A stretch of 63,874 bases of DNA, counting the filler, from Craspedostauros australis (taxonomy: Eukaryota), in the NCBI GenBank assembly GCA_030167865.1. It is 4 parts of 4 records of this genome, joined end to end, with 100 filler letters (N's around TTAATTAATTAA, not from the genome) between each part and the next. Parts side by side here need not be neighbours in the genome. Positions count along the whole stretch, not along the records: positions 31,689 to 62,714 come from JALAGF010003002.1; 3 more parts are not named here. One strand, 5' to 3'. The notes under the pieces were generated by a model. It did no database searches, was not told the origin of the DNA, and saw only the letters and a program-made list of their open reading frames with translations. The number at the start of each line of letters is the position of its first letter. Positions within the stretch are counted from its first letter, which is position 1. Positions 38,082-49,120 of the stretch are shown piece by piece. The translations under genes and the position numbers were made by a program.

Positions 38082-38786
38082 ATGAAACTCATCGCCACCA
38101 CCACCCTCATCTCCATGATGGCATCCGCCTTCACTCCACTCACTGACGCCGCTGGATACACCTGCGGTGTCCATGCCCACTTCGGCATCGACAGCGAAGT
38201 CGATCATGCCCACAAGCCAACCATCGAGGAGCTCAACTTCTCTCGTCGCATGTTCATGAAGACCTTCCACGATGTGCACCCAGACCTCTCCTTCGACAAG
38301 GTCGATCTCATGGACATCTTCGAAGAGAAGCGTCTGGTCGCCTCCATGAAGAAGGATGACGCCGCCGGCCTTCGTGGAGTGTCCGCTGGTGTCAAAACTG
38401 TCGGCGCTGTCGATGGTGGAGACATGAACCGCCTCACCTGGCCTCATCAGCCCATCTTGTGGGACTACAGCTTCGTGGCTGACATCATTTGTCCCTACTG
38501 CTTCTTCGATGATGACGACGATGACGACTTCTACGCCGCAAGCGCATCTTCGGTCGTGAAGTCGCTGGTGCATGGTGGCAGCGCAAAGAAGGTCAACGCC
38601 AAGGCGAAGAAGTCCGGCGCCGAGAAGTTCCAGGCGGCACTGACCGAGCACAAGGCCCACCGTTGGGAGACCGCATGGTGCGATGCGTTGAAGAATGGTC
38701 CGCACGAATACTACCGCACCGTGGACAAGTGCGTGATCGCCCATGACTCCTTCAGCTGCGTTGAGAAGGCGGGCGCCGTCGCATGA
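38082..38786 (+). CDS. Signal-peptide-bearing Cys-containing protein (234 aa) with CPYC + poly-Asp
   Basis: Leader MKLIATTTLISMMASAFTP, strong GC3 bias, DIICPYCFFDDDDDDD. Confidence 0.82.
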   Translation: MKLIATTTLISMMASAFTPLTDAAGYTCGVHAHFGIDSEVDHAHKPTIEELNFSRRMFMKTFHDVHPDLSFDKVDLMDIFEEKRLVASMKKDDAAGLRGVSAGVKTVGAVDGGDMNRLTWPHQPILWDYSFVADIICPYCFFDDDDDDDFYAASASSVVKSLVHGGSAKKVNAKAKKSGAEKFQAALTEHKAHRWETAWCDALKNGPHEYYRTVDKCVIAHDSFSCVEKAGAVA

Positions 38787-39420
38787 GAGTTGTAGATGAG
38801 TCCCTTCAATCGTATGATTGCACAGATCGCTAACTGCATGGCAGCCAATCGCCAATGCTCTAGTAACAGCACACAATCATATCCATACCCATACACATCT
38901 ACTCGACTAGTGCTCAACGTTCCACTTCGTTTCATGACTCAAGTCACACAGTGTAGAGCGGACACTTGCGAAACAAGCAGAAATCGAGCAGCAAACTAAA
39001 CAGAGCACGAAGGGGGACTTGTCCCTCTCCTGCATTGTCGATTCGCTCATTGCTGAGGAGGAAGGGTGAACAGGAGAGTCACTTGCGTGCGATATAAGCG
39101 ATGGCAACCCACGTGGGCTTACTCAGAAGGGCGGTCCTCCTTTCCGAAATTGCAGCGATGGCAAGGGTGATGAAGATGAGCAGGTAGAACTGGAGTGCAT
39201 TGGTAGAGGCAGGCTATTGTGGAATGCGCACTGTCTATTCACAACACTGAATTACCATTCTTCATCATGGCATGTACCGCCGACCTCTCTATTCGCTATC
39301 TTTGCATGCCCTTTCATTGTGGTCGATGGCGCCGACACGATTGTGCGGACCCCCGCTTGATCTTCCACCACAAAACACGACTTCGGACTGATCGCTTCGG
39401 TTGGGTATTCATGCTCTGTC

Positions 39421-41148
39421 TCAACCGCGTGCGTCGTTATGCTTGGTGTTATGTGTTGTGTGCACGTGCATGTGTCGAATCAAGCACTCCATTATCTCTT
39501 CCTCGCCATCTTCATACGCGGCATGGAGCAACGTGTATCCATCTTCATTGGACATGGTCAAATCGTGATTCTCGTTGCCGTTGGCTTCGTTCAAGCGAAG
39601 CAGACGATCCAACAGTCCTTCATTGCCGGCGCTGCAAGCTTCCTGAATTGGTGCGTAGTCTTCGTCCGGGAGCCGGGGGTTGAGATTGATCTCGACACCG
39701 TTTGCTTGGCTGAAGTCAAGGAGACAGTCGGCCACATCTGTGTCACCATGCAAGAAGGCATGCTGAAGTGCCGTACTATCGTTCATATCTCGGGTGTTGA
39801 TCATGGCATGCGCATTGCCTTGGAAGCGGCATGATCGGAGCAACAGCTGCACCACCTCCTTATAACCATATTTACAAGCGTAATGGAGCGGGGTTTGCTC
39901 GTCGCAGTCCTGGATGTTGAAATCGATAATGGGGTCGTCACTGGTACTTGTGCGACAGAATTCGATGAAACGTTCCACTACATCCGCTTCGCCGTACTCA
40001 CAGGCATGATGCAGTGGCGTGCAGCCATGGTAGCTGTTTCGGATGTTGAAATTGATTGCCGCATAGCTGTTGGCTCGACTGAAGTCAAGAAGATCGCCGG
40101 CGATATCTGCGTCACCATTGATGCAGGCGTAGTGAAGCAGTGTTTGCCCATCCTCCTTGTCTTGAACGTTGAGGTCGATGCAGACTTCGTTGGCTTGGAT
40201 GAATTCAAGCAAGCACCTCACTCCGCCCACGTCACCATGGGCGCAAGCATGATGAAGTGCCGTTTTGTTGGACGAGTCTTGGGCGTTGATGATGGCATGT
40301 GCGTTGCCGTGGATACGAGCGGATCGAAGCAAGATCTTCACTACACCATGGTGGCCTTGTGTGCAAGCATAGTGAAGGGGAGTTAGGTTGTGACAGTCTT
40401 GAACGGTGAAATCAACTTTGAGACTATCACTAACACTGTCACTGTCACCGATACGACTGAAGTCAACGAAGTGTTCCACCACATCTGAATAACCATTCTC
40501 ACATGCATAGTGGAGAGGTGTGCGGCCATGGCCTTTGTTTCGAATGTTGACATCGATGTTGACGTTGCAGTTGGTGCGACCGAAATGAAGAAGGCATTGC
40601 ACCACGTCTGCATCGCCATTAATGCAAGCGCGATGGAGAGGGGCGTGCCCATCATTCTTTTCTGGAGTATTGAGATCGATGGTTGTGTGTTTATTGGTTG
40701 AGCAGAAGCGCAGGAGGCATCGTACCACAGCTGCGTGGCCATGTATGCAAGCAACATTGAGTGGAGTGTCCCCGCGCTTGGATCGAATGTTAACATCAAT
40801 GTTGGTACTTCCGTTGACGCGTCCGAAGTCTAGCAGGCGTTGCACCACATCCGCGTGGCCATTCAGGCAGGCATAGTGAAGTGCCGTTTGCCCGATGCGC
40901 TTGTCTTGAGTGTTGAGGTAAATCTCAATGCTCTCGCTGCCATGGTTGTCAGTTTGAAAGGAGTTGAGGAGGCACTCTACCACATCTGCATGACCATTCT
41001 CACAAGCACAATGGAGCGGTGTTTGCCCTGCGGCATTCTGGGCCATCAGCTTCGTCACGTCTCCATTCTCTTGCGCCGACACCAAATAGCGGACTTTTTC
41101 CAAATCGCCGGACTTGCATGCACGATGGAGCGGCGTCTCTCTCTTCAT
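39421..41148 (-). CDS. Ankyrin-repeat protein with long (about 42-aa) repeats (575 aa; start uncertain)
   Basis: Repeated TPLHxAC..GHADVVxCLL.F.....IDxN units. Confidence 0.88.
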   Translation of the reverse strand: MKRETPLHRACKSGDLEKVRYLVSAQENGDVTKLMAQNAAGQTPLHCACENGHADVVECLLNSFQTDNHGSESIEIYLNTQDKRIGQTALHYACLNGHADVVQRLLDFGRVNGSTNIDVNIRSKRGDTPLNVACIHGHAAVVRCLLRFCSTNKHTTIDLNTPEKNDGHAPLHRACINGDADVVQCLLHFGRTNCNVNIDVNIRNKGHGRTPLHYACENGYSDVVEHFVDFSRIGDSDSVSDSLKVDFTVQDCHNLTPLHYACTQGHHGVVKILLRSARIHGNAHAIINAQDSSNKTALHHACAHGDVGGVRCLLEFIQANEVCIDLNVQDKEDGQTLLHYACINGDADIAGDLLDFSRANSYAAINFNIRNSYHGCTPLHHACEYGEADVVERFIEFCRTSTSDDPIIDFNIQDCDEQTPLHYACKYGYKEVVQLLLRSCRFQGNAHAMINTRDMNDSTALQHAFLHGDTDVADCLLDFSQANGVEINLNPRLPDEDYAPIQEACSAGNEGLLDRLLRLNEANGNENHDLTMSNEDGYTLLHAAYEDGEEEIMECLIRHMHVHTTHNTKHNDARG

Positions 41149-41387
41149 GCCTGTGCAATGTCCCCAAAGTCTTGTGCTCTGCAGCCCTTGTATTGCCCAG
41201 CGCTATTGCTATTGCTGTTGCTACTGCCATTCGCCAAGTGAACTGCGCATGACAATGGTGGAGAATGGGGCTCAGTGAGGACGTCATAGTCGTACAAGAA
41301 CGAATACCGATTCAGTTCCACTCCGTCCATCTCGGAAGCAAGCGAATCATTGAACGAATGAGCAACGTGCCATCGACTCGCGGCCAT

Positions 41388-42505
41388 GTTTCTCTGTGAG
41401 CGCGTTTGTGTGTGTCATCATCACTCACACACCAATTCCACGATCGTGACAAAATGAAGTGCGTCACCCAAACACGATCAACCACGGATGACAGGCAGAC
41501 GATTGAAGCGCGCCAAAAATTCTTGGCACCACCGAAAACAACGAACTGTTGATGTTGATTTCACACAGAACAACTACTCAACAACTATGGCAATACATGT
41601 CCTCGTTCTGTGGAAGAGATCATGGTTGTACTTGCATAGAACTATGTGCATTGATGGAGGTGTCAGCCAACGTATCAAACGTACGCAGACATGACCAGGA
41701 AAGCAAAGCATGGGTGAAACAAGCAGCCACGCACAACGTCGCATGCCGAAAAGGATGGATGAAGGCGACCATGGCAAGAGATGGAGATGGAGATGATGAT
41801 GATGATGACGAATGGGAAGTGGTGATGAAGAGCGATTGCAACCGTATCGCATCGATCGGCGACATCAGAAAGGAAGATATCAAGGCAATTGCATAGGTAA
41901 ACAATCACATGAACAATCGCGGCGCCCACGCTGGATGCGCCATCGGCAGCTGAGATTCAATACCTGCTGGACGAGTGAATTCATGAGATCGGACGCAACA
42001 ACTTCTTCGGGACCTGTAGTATCAGCTGTTCGGAGATACTCCTACCAATACGCCACCACTGCACACATCATTACCACCAACGCCCGCTCATGCTGAAGCT
42101 CAAAGCGATGCATCGCAGCCACAGCTGCAAATGATGAGATGAAGGCACTGTGTCATCGGATCCACAAATCGGAGAAATGATCTGCCAAGGCATCAGCAAC
42201 TTGTCCCATGGCTTGTCATCCTTTCCGGCCACATTGGGGCCCATGTGGCAGCTGGCGTGCGCTTGCGCCTTGCGTGATACCATGCAAGAACGGCGGAAGC
42301 AACACCAACGAGCCGACAGTCGTGATACATTCATCCCGCCCTGTCAAGTTGCAGTGGAGTACGACGATCCATGTATGACGCCAGCGGATACCACCATCCT
42401 TTTCCACACAATTCCTTCCGCACAACTCCTTCCACATCATCGAAACCAACAAACGCGGAAAACACTTGATTGGCGACGGTGACAACAGTGGTGGCCAGAC
42501 CATCG
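41388..42505 (+). repeat. Copy 1 of a 1.1-1.2 kb direct duplication (copy 2 at about 52181-53370)
   Basis: Long near-identical stretches shared, e.g. GAAGTGCGTCACCCAAACACGATCAACCACGGATGACAGGCAGACGATTGAAGCGCGCCAAAAATTCTTG. Confidence 0.92.
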
Positions 42506-42700
42506 TCGTCATGCCGCACTGCCCAACAATGCTGCATGATACACCAACGTGCTGTTCACCAACCAGGATCATCTGCAACGCAGTGGCATGACCATCAGCA
42601 ATGCATTGGCCAAAGAGCACGCCTTGCTGTCCAGCCAGTCAGGTTGTGCTGCAAATGATACGGTCGTGCGTAGAACATCACGCTGCGCGAGTCACCAAAG
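41771..42700 (+). pseudogene. SRR1-like domain pseudogene, copy 1
   Basis: Frameshifted fragments in SRR1-family order: DDEWEVV; EMICQGISN..MWQLACACAL; EYDDPCMT; TIVVMPHCP..(Y)TNVLFTN..ISNAL. Boundaries approximate. Confidence 0.62.
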
Positions 42701-42851
42701 GCGAAATCCAAGATTTGCCGGGCGCACCATTGGATGTATCACTGATAGCTTTCTTTCGAAATATGGTAGTGTAGTTATTTCTCTGATTACAGCCTATTCA
42801 TTTTCCTCTTCTTCATGACACGCTCACTTATCTGTCTACTGTTGTTGTGAT

Positions 42852-44975
42852 TCACTCCTCTTCTTCAGCAGCAGCAGCAGCAGCATCGGCCCCAGTCACC
42901 CTGGAAGGTGTGACGGACCGCACGAGGTTCACCAACGTTGCACGATCCATGTATGAATCCACTTGCGCAGGACCCTCGTTTTCATCCACGATCTTGTACA
43001 AATCCATCATGGACATGGCACTGTACTTGTCATCAACTTCATTGCTTGCTGCTCCCCCACTGCAGACGGCATGGATCTCCCCCGGCAGTTGAGGGTGTTG
43101 AAACAACTTGCTGCAATCTTCACGAGCGAGTAAAGTCTGCATGTTTCGAGCTGCCATCCTCATCGACGCATCTTTCAACAGTAAACAGCCGTGCTGATTG
43201 GCGAATATCAACGCATCTACCATGGTGTCCTCTGTGAGATGAGTGCGGGCCAACTCTGCTTCAAGAACAAGCTTGAGTCGCCAGAAGCCAAACTCGTTGG
43301 CCACAAGGATCAGCTGTTGTAGATCGTCCTGTCCATTGGCGGTGGGAGTTGGCCGGTCAGAGCCATCATCATCGTCATGAACGCCATCGCGGGTATCAGT
43401 ATCGTTGTCCGGAGCGCTGTGATCGAAGGATATCTCACCTGTGTAGATGCATTCGAGGACACGTTGAACGTATTTGGGTTGAAGGTTGGGGAGAGGGATG
43501 AGCCTGCGGGGTGGAGCAGTGACAGAATCAGTGCCGTCATCAGTGCCGTCATCGACATGCTGATGTTGGATTCCCGAGTCGATCAATGTCTGAATGGACG
43601 GAACAGTGACCATGAGGAGTCCGGAGTTTGCTTTGATTGGCTGTTGTTCGTCGCCTTGTCCGCACAGGAAGGTGATATCTGCCTTGGTCTCAGAACGAAC
43701 AGCGCTGCGACGATCTTGGCCGATGCTGATGTTGGTTGTTGTGTGGATTTTAGGATTGTCGTGCTTGGTTGGTGTTGTGATGGTGTTTGTGTGTCTTTGC
43801 TTGCGCACCTGCGTCTCTGTTTGCAGCTGTGTCTGCGGTTGCAAGTTGCGACGACTGAGATGACCGAGACGCTTCATGATTGATGTCATCATCCTGACCT
43901 GATCTTTTGCTTTGATTAGTTCGACGGGTGTTTTGTTGTCGTTGTTTTGGATGTCGATATTGACCTTGGTTGATTCGATGAGGTACTTCACACACTCCAG
44001 GCGGCCGTTGGCGCATGCTCGATGAAGTGGAGTGTCGCCATTGTTGTCTTTGCAGTTGACATCGGCGTTGGCTGATTCGATGAGGTACTTCACACACTCC
44101 AGGTGGCCCCAGACGCATGCATAGTGAAGTGGAGTGTAGCCATCGTTGTTCTTGCAGTTGACATCGGCGTTGCATGTTTCGATGAGGTACTTCACACATT
44201 CCAGGCGGCCGTTGAGGCATGCTTTATGAAGTGGAGTGTCACCATTGTTGGCTTTGCAGTTGGCATCGGCGTTGGTTGATTCGACGAGGTACTTCACACA
44301 TTCCAGCTGGCCGTTGTAGCATACCCCATGAAGTGGAGTGTCGCCATCGTTGGTTTTGCAGTTGACATCGGCGTTGGTTGATTCGATGAGGTACTTCACA
44401 CATTCCAGGCTGCCGTTGAAGCATGCACGGTGAAGCGGAGTGTAGCCACCTTTGTTCTTGCAGTTGACATCGGCGTTGCATGTTTCGATGAGGTACTTCA
44501 CACATTCCAGGTGGCCGGTGGCGCATGCTCGATGAAGTGGAGTGTCGCCATCGTTGTCTTTGCAGTTGACATCGGCGTTGGTTGATTCGACGAGGTACTT
44601 CACACATTCCAGCTGGCCGTTGTAGCATGCCCCATGAAGTGGAGTATCGCCATGGTTGTCTTTGCAGTTGACATCGGCGTTGGCTGATTCGATGAGGTAC
44701 TTCACACATTCCAGGCTGCCCAAGTAGCATGCCCTATGAAGTGGAGTGTTGCCATTGTTGTTCTTGCGGTTGACATCGGCGTTGCATGTTTCGATGAGGT
44801 ATTCGACACATTCAAAATGGCCCCAGGAGCATGCCTTATGAAGTGGAGTGTCGCCATGGTTATCTTTGACCTTGCTGACATCACGTCCTTCGTTCTGCTC
44901 CTTCCATTCCCTCAACACTGACAGATCACCTGCAATAGCAGCTTCAAGGAGTTGTTCGTCTGAGACATTCGGCAT
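42852..44975 (-). CDS. Ankyrin (9 highly similar repeats) + BTB/POZ + BACK-like protein with a short C-terminal helical module (707 aa)
   Basis: Start MPNVSDEQLLEAA. Nine repeats of the form GDTPLHxACxxGxLECVKYLIExxNADVN. BTB signature ADITFLC..IKAN..LL..; VLECIYTG; LILVANEFG..LKLVLEAEL; ALIFA..GCLLLKDA. Confidence 0.92.
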   Translation of the reverse strand: MPNVSDEQLLEAAIAGDLSVLREWKEQNEGRDVSKVKDNHGDTPLHKACSWGHFECVEYLIETCNADVNRKNNNGNTPLHRACYLGSLECVKYLIESANADVNCKDNHGDTPLHGACYNGQLECVKYLVESTNADVNCKDNDGDTPLHRACATGHLECVKYLIETCNADVNCKNKGGYTPLHRACFNGSLECVKYLIESTNADVNCKTNDGDTPLHGVCYNGQLECVKYLVESTNADANCKANNGDTPLHKACLNGRLECVKYLIETCNADVNCKNNDGYTPLHYACVWGHLECVKYLIESANADVNCKDNNGDTPLHRACANGRLECVKYLIESTKVNIDIQNNDNKTPVELIKAKDQVRMMTSIMKRLGHLSRRNLQPQTQLQTETQVRKQRHTNTITTPTKHDNPKIHTTTNISIGQDRRSAVRSETKADITFLCGQGDEQQPIKANSGLLMVTVPSIQTLIDSGIQHQHVDDGTDDGTDSVTAPPRRLIPLPNLQPKYVQRVLECIYTGEISFDHSAPDNDTDTRDGVHDDDDGSDRPTPTANGQDDLQQLILVANEFGFWRLKLVLEAELARTHLTEDTMVDALIFANQHGCLLLKDASMRMAARNMQTLLAREDCSKLFQHPQLPGEIHAVCSGGAASNEVDDKYSAMSMMDLYKIVDENEGPAQVDSYMDRATLVNLVRSVTPSRVTGADAAAAAAEEEE

Positions 44976-45435
44976 GTTGGTCGTTGGTTGTTGAGCTGTT
45001 GGTAGACAAACAATTGCTGGATGATTGCTCAATGTGTTCACGGTACGAGTCGGTCTTATGATGACGATGCTGACTGATGGTATGAGACCAAACTGCTGCA
45101 AGGAATAGCAAGGTTGTCGTTGTCTTGTTCGCACGTTCTGTTTCTCTGTTCCATGATCGCACTCTGGTTTGGCACGAGATCCTTCTTGACATCAACCACA
45201 AAACACACGCACACAAACAACACGAAAGAAACACGAAGAAGGAATTCGTGCGATCGAACTCGGTTTTCTGTAGTCCATTGAGTCATTCGACAGAACCAAC
45301 GTGTGCCAAACTGTGCCAAACTGTGCGTGCCTCCAACGGCGTGACTGTTAGCGCGAGCGAATTGGTCGCCGTGATGGCTTTTCCATCACGCTCGTTTCCC
45401 CAGTCGTACACTTCCAACAGAACACCACATGCACC

Positions 45436-46750
45436 ATGATCTCCAACTACCACAATAGCAATACCCGCCCGAGCACACTTCCTTCTGCAAACACCGTCAA
45501 GATGATGAGTGCGATCGCTGGTGCTTCAATTCCCCATCTGAACAAGTTCGAACGGAGGATGCACGCCTTGTGCGGAAACGTGAAGCTGATGGACGACAGA
45601 GCTGAGGCCAGATCATGCATCATGCTGGAGATGTGTGCGATGTCTTGGCGTTGATGCCAATGCTGCACATCTTTTATCCAATGATGCCTTTGGCCAAGTC
45701 GTCAAGCTGGAGCATTGCTCAAGACACGCACCCTGAGGCGAATTGGTCCTGAGATGCACAAAACAATGGCTTGGCACCAATGCATCATAAGGCACCAATG
45801 CATCGCACATGAAACACATTGCTTTGAACACTGGAGTATTTGCAAATCCAACCAATTGGTTGGACCAAAGCAAGCCTCACACACTCCAATGGCAACGATC
45901 CAAGACAGTGGAGGAGTAGAGCTGGGTAGGCATGGTTTCGCTGTCAGAACATGCATGATCACATCAGTGACACACTTCAATTGGCATCACATGACATCCC
46001 CTTGGTCGCTCTCCTGCTTGCACACTGTCTCTTGTTCTCTCTTATTGCTCAGCTTGATCCCAATTGTGCACCAAATCCAGATCAAGAGCCACCCACACCT
46101 GTCAAGTCAGATGTCATTGCAGCATTCACAAGCTCCATCAAGTGGTCATTCAGAGTATTGTTAGATGCAGTGATGAGAGAACAAGTGTTGAAAATCCTCT
46201 GGGTATTGCAAAGATATGCTTCGGTTGCATCAAGCATGACCAAAGTGCAATTGGCAAGGTGCATGGCTCTTTCTTTGCTTAATGGCTCACCAGCTGCCCA
46301 ATGGCTGGTCTGAACAATTGGGTGAATGCTTGCATACCGCAAGGACCCAACAATGAGATGACAATGAAAGTGCCAATAGTGACTCCGGCTGAGGTTCGAT
46401 GCTGTTGATATTCCAAGCTCCTCACCCACTCACAGTCACATGCATTCTGTCTTGCTATCCACAACTGAACCAAATCATGAAGTGCAAGCTAGCAGTTGTG
46501 TGACGAAGTGCATCCCTGCGCCACCTTCTGTACCACATGCACACTTACCATTGTCTTTTCACTGCATGTGCATGGAAGCATTGAGCCCATGAGTGACTTG
46601 GAATGTGCAACACAGCAGTGGACTGATTGCCATTTCCACTTTGCACCATCACCATCGCTCTAACGAATGCAATCCTGATCATGAGTCAATTGCTTGCCTC
46701 TAGAGCTATGGTGTGATGACTGAGCTAGTCATCTGGAGTATTCAATTCCA
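45436..46750 (+). pseudogene. Unidentified decayed coding or TE remnant, strongly CpG-depleted
   Basis: Broken protein-like frames; CG is rare and TG/CA is abundant relative to the flanks (visual estimate). Confidence 0.35.
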
Positions 46751-47454
46751 TGACACGTTGGCTTCCCATGGCCGCTACTGTTAGAACGAAATCGAAGATG
46801 GGATTCCGCACCGAAACGTAGAGTGATCAGATCGTTGTTGGGGTGAGGATGAGTGTTTGTATTAGAATGTTATTCGTATGAGTGGTAGGAATGCTTTCGA
46901 GCTCACAAGATTGTATTCTTGGAACTGTGAGCATGAGAGAGACATGACATGGTCTCATGCAATTACAAGTGAAATTAACACGGAGACAACACGACAAATG
47001 TGCGTGTTACTGCGTGAAGAAGAGTTGCAAAAGTCAATGAACAAAAACACCATGGTACCCCGTGTTGTGAATTACGTCTTCTCATGATGTTGCTAGTAGT
47101 ACGATCACACGATTGATTGTATTCACTTGAGAAGGTTGCGGTAAGATTCGCACGTGTCGCACCCAAGACCTAAGTCTGTCCTGATTGGGCAGAGAGGTTC
47201 ATCTTGGCAAGAAATCAATTTCCGCGACATTTTGGATCTGTGATTGACGGGAAAACGGTTCTTGCGACGCGAAATGTGACACAGATTTGACACAACGGAT
47301 TGTCGACCAAAATATCCGTTCGGAACGGAAAAGGTAAGAAAAGTGGAGATTTCTGATTGGTCGACGGGTGTCGCTATTGTTAGAGATTTAGCGTTGCGCT
47401 GATAGCTACTACAGTGTTCCGCTTTGCTCCTCTTTCCCTTTCTTGGCACCAGTC

Positions 47455-47900
47455 TCAGCTGTCCACAGGATGACTTGGTGGGGTGCAGAAAATCACCAAC
47501 ATGCCGTGATGAATGTACAAATCAACTTTCCCAGTGCCCTCATCTTCATCCATGACCTTGCACAACTCCATCATGGACATTGCAATGCACACATCATCAA
47601 ATCTGTTGCTCATTGTTCCACCACAAAAAGAGGGCATGAACGCCTCCCATCAGCTGAGGCTTCTGACAAAACTTGCTGGAATCTCTGTGGGTAAACAACA
47701 AATGTATGTCTTCAGCGACCATCCTCATTGTCGCTTGCCATTCACGCTTGTGGAATGAAGTGGAGTGCAACCCCAGCTGCTTTTCATCTTGTTGGCATCA
47801 CTTCTTCCATTCTCCTTCTTCCATTTCTTCACTGCTGACAGATTGCCCATGCTGGCAGCAGCAAAGATTTGCTTGTTTGCAACATCTGGAATGTTGAGAT
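47455..47900 (-). pseudogene. Collapsed pseudogene of the ankyrin-BTB gene (N-cap and C-terminal module only)
   Basis: PDVANKQIFAAASMGNLSAVKKWKKE..GCTPLH matches the N-terminus of the 42852-44975 protein. DDVCIAMSMMELCKVMDEDEG..VDLYIHHGMLV matches its C-terminus (DDKYSAMSMMDLYKIVDENEG..VDSYMDRATLV). Confidence 0.8.
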
Positions 47901-48679
47901 GATGGTCAATAGCTGTTGAGGGGTTGCTGGACGGGTGTTGGATGATTGGATGATTGTTTGAATGGTTGGATGTTGTATGGTGCCTCTTGGCATGGTACAA
48001 GCATGGACTCATACCATTCACGGCTCGTCGAGGAGAACCGTCAGTGTGGAATGCAGATCCTCGTCATGTCCAGGTCTGAGTTGTGCGAAGTGTTGGGTAC
48101 GAACGAAACGAAATGAGATGGAACGAAGTGGAATAGAGGAAGAGGTGCCGATCTGGACATGTTGAGAAAAGGGTATCCATGACTGGGAGGACCACCAAAG
48201 TTGACGGAACGTGGGTGTGACACGTGTGGAAGAACAAGGAATGCACACCATTCTTTGTTGACAACACACTAGTCGCAGTCAAGCTAGAAGTATGCGAACA
48301 AATCGGAATCCAAACACGGAAATGACCAACACGAAGATCAACCACAAACACGCACATCTCTGGCAGAACACAACATCAACATCAACAGATCCGCACACCA
48401 CAAACCATTTACATTGATTCCACCCGGACCCGTCACCAAGTCAAAACCATTCATACTGGCATAGCATCTACAATAGTTCGTATAAAACCGTACGATACAT
48501 ACATACGAAGAGAGAGGACTCGACCTTCTCGATACCCATATTTGTACATCGCACAGTCGCAGCTGTCCAAGCCTCAACTCAACAACAAAGAGCAGATCGT
48601 TGCGAGTACGGATCGCCGTCAACGCAGCATGGATCTCCCCTTCCCACGATCTTTCAACTTACCGAGCTACTCACTTCCG

Positions 48680-48725
48680 CGCATACCCAGGCGCATACCC
48701 AGGCGCATACCCAGGCGCATACCCA
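48680..48725. repeat. 12-bp tandem repeat (GCATACCCAGGC), about 3.5 copies
   Basis: Read directly. Confidence 0.85.
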
Positions 48726-49120
48726 TTCGCATGGACATGCTCATGCGCGGGCCCATGTGAGTGCACTGCTTGTACTCGCACTTGCCCTTGTGCTGGCGTC
48801 TACCGAAATGGATGCGTGCATGTGCCAACACATGAAACGTGGTAGCTGCGTGGCTGCGGGGATGGTGGTATCCTCCCTTGCATGAACGACTTGACGTCGA
48901 CCCTCCTGCCTGAAAACCAGTATTACCATTTGTTCCCCTGCCTCTTGATCGCACCTGTGTGCATTCGTACTCGTGCATGTGAACTCACAGACTGAGCGCA
49001 CATGACACTGCCATCTGCTTCTACTTGCCATACACTCATGTTGACGCAACCCACCCTCTCTTCCATCCAACTCTGCATGTATCCGCTGGGGCATATTCTC
49101 TGTTCTACGATGCAATCAAA

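Noticed and set aside
43960..44860. Regular repeats with short variable segments, superficially like a CRISPR array
   Set aside because: The period is 102 nt, in frame, and encodes ankyrin repeats. There are no unique spacers or cas genes, and the context is eukaryotic.
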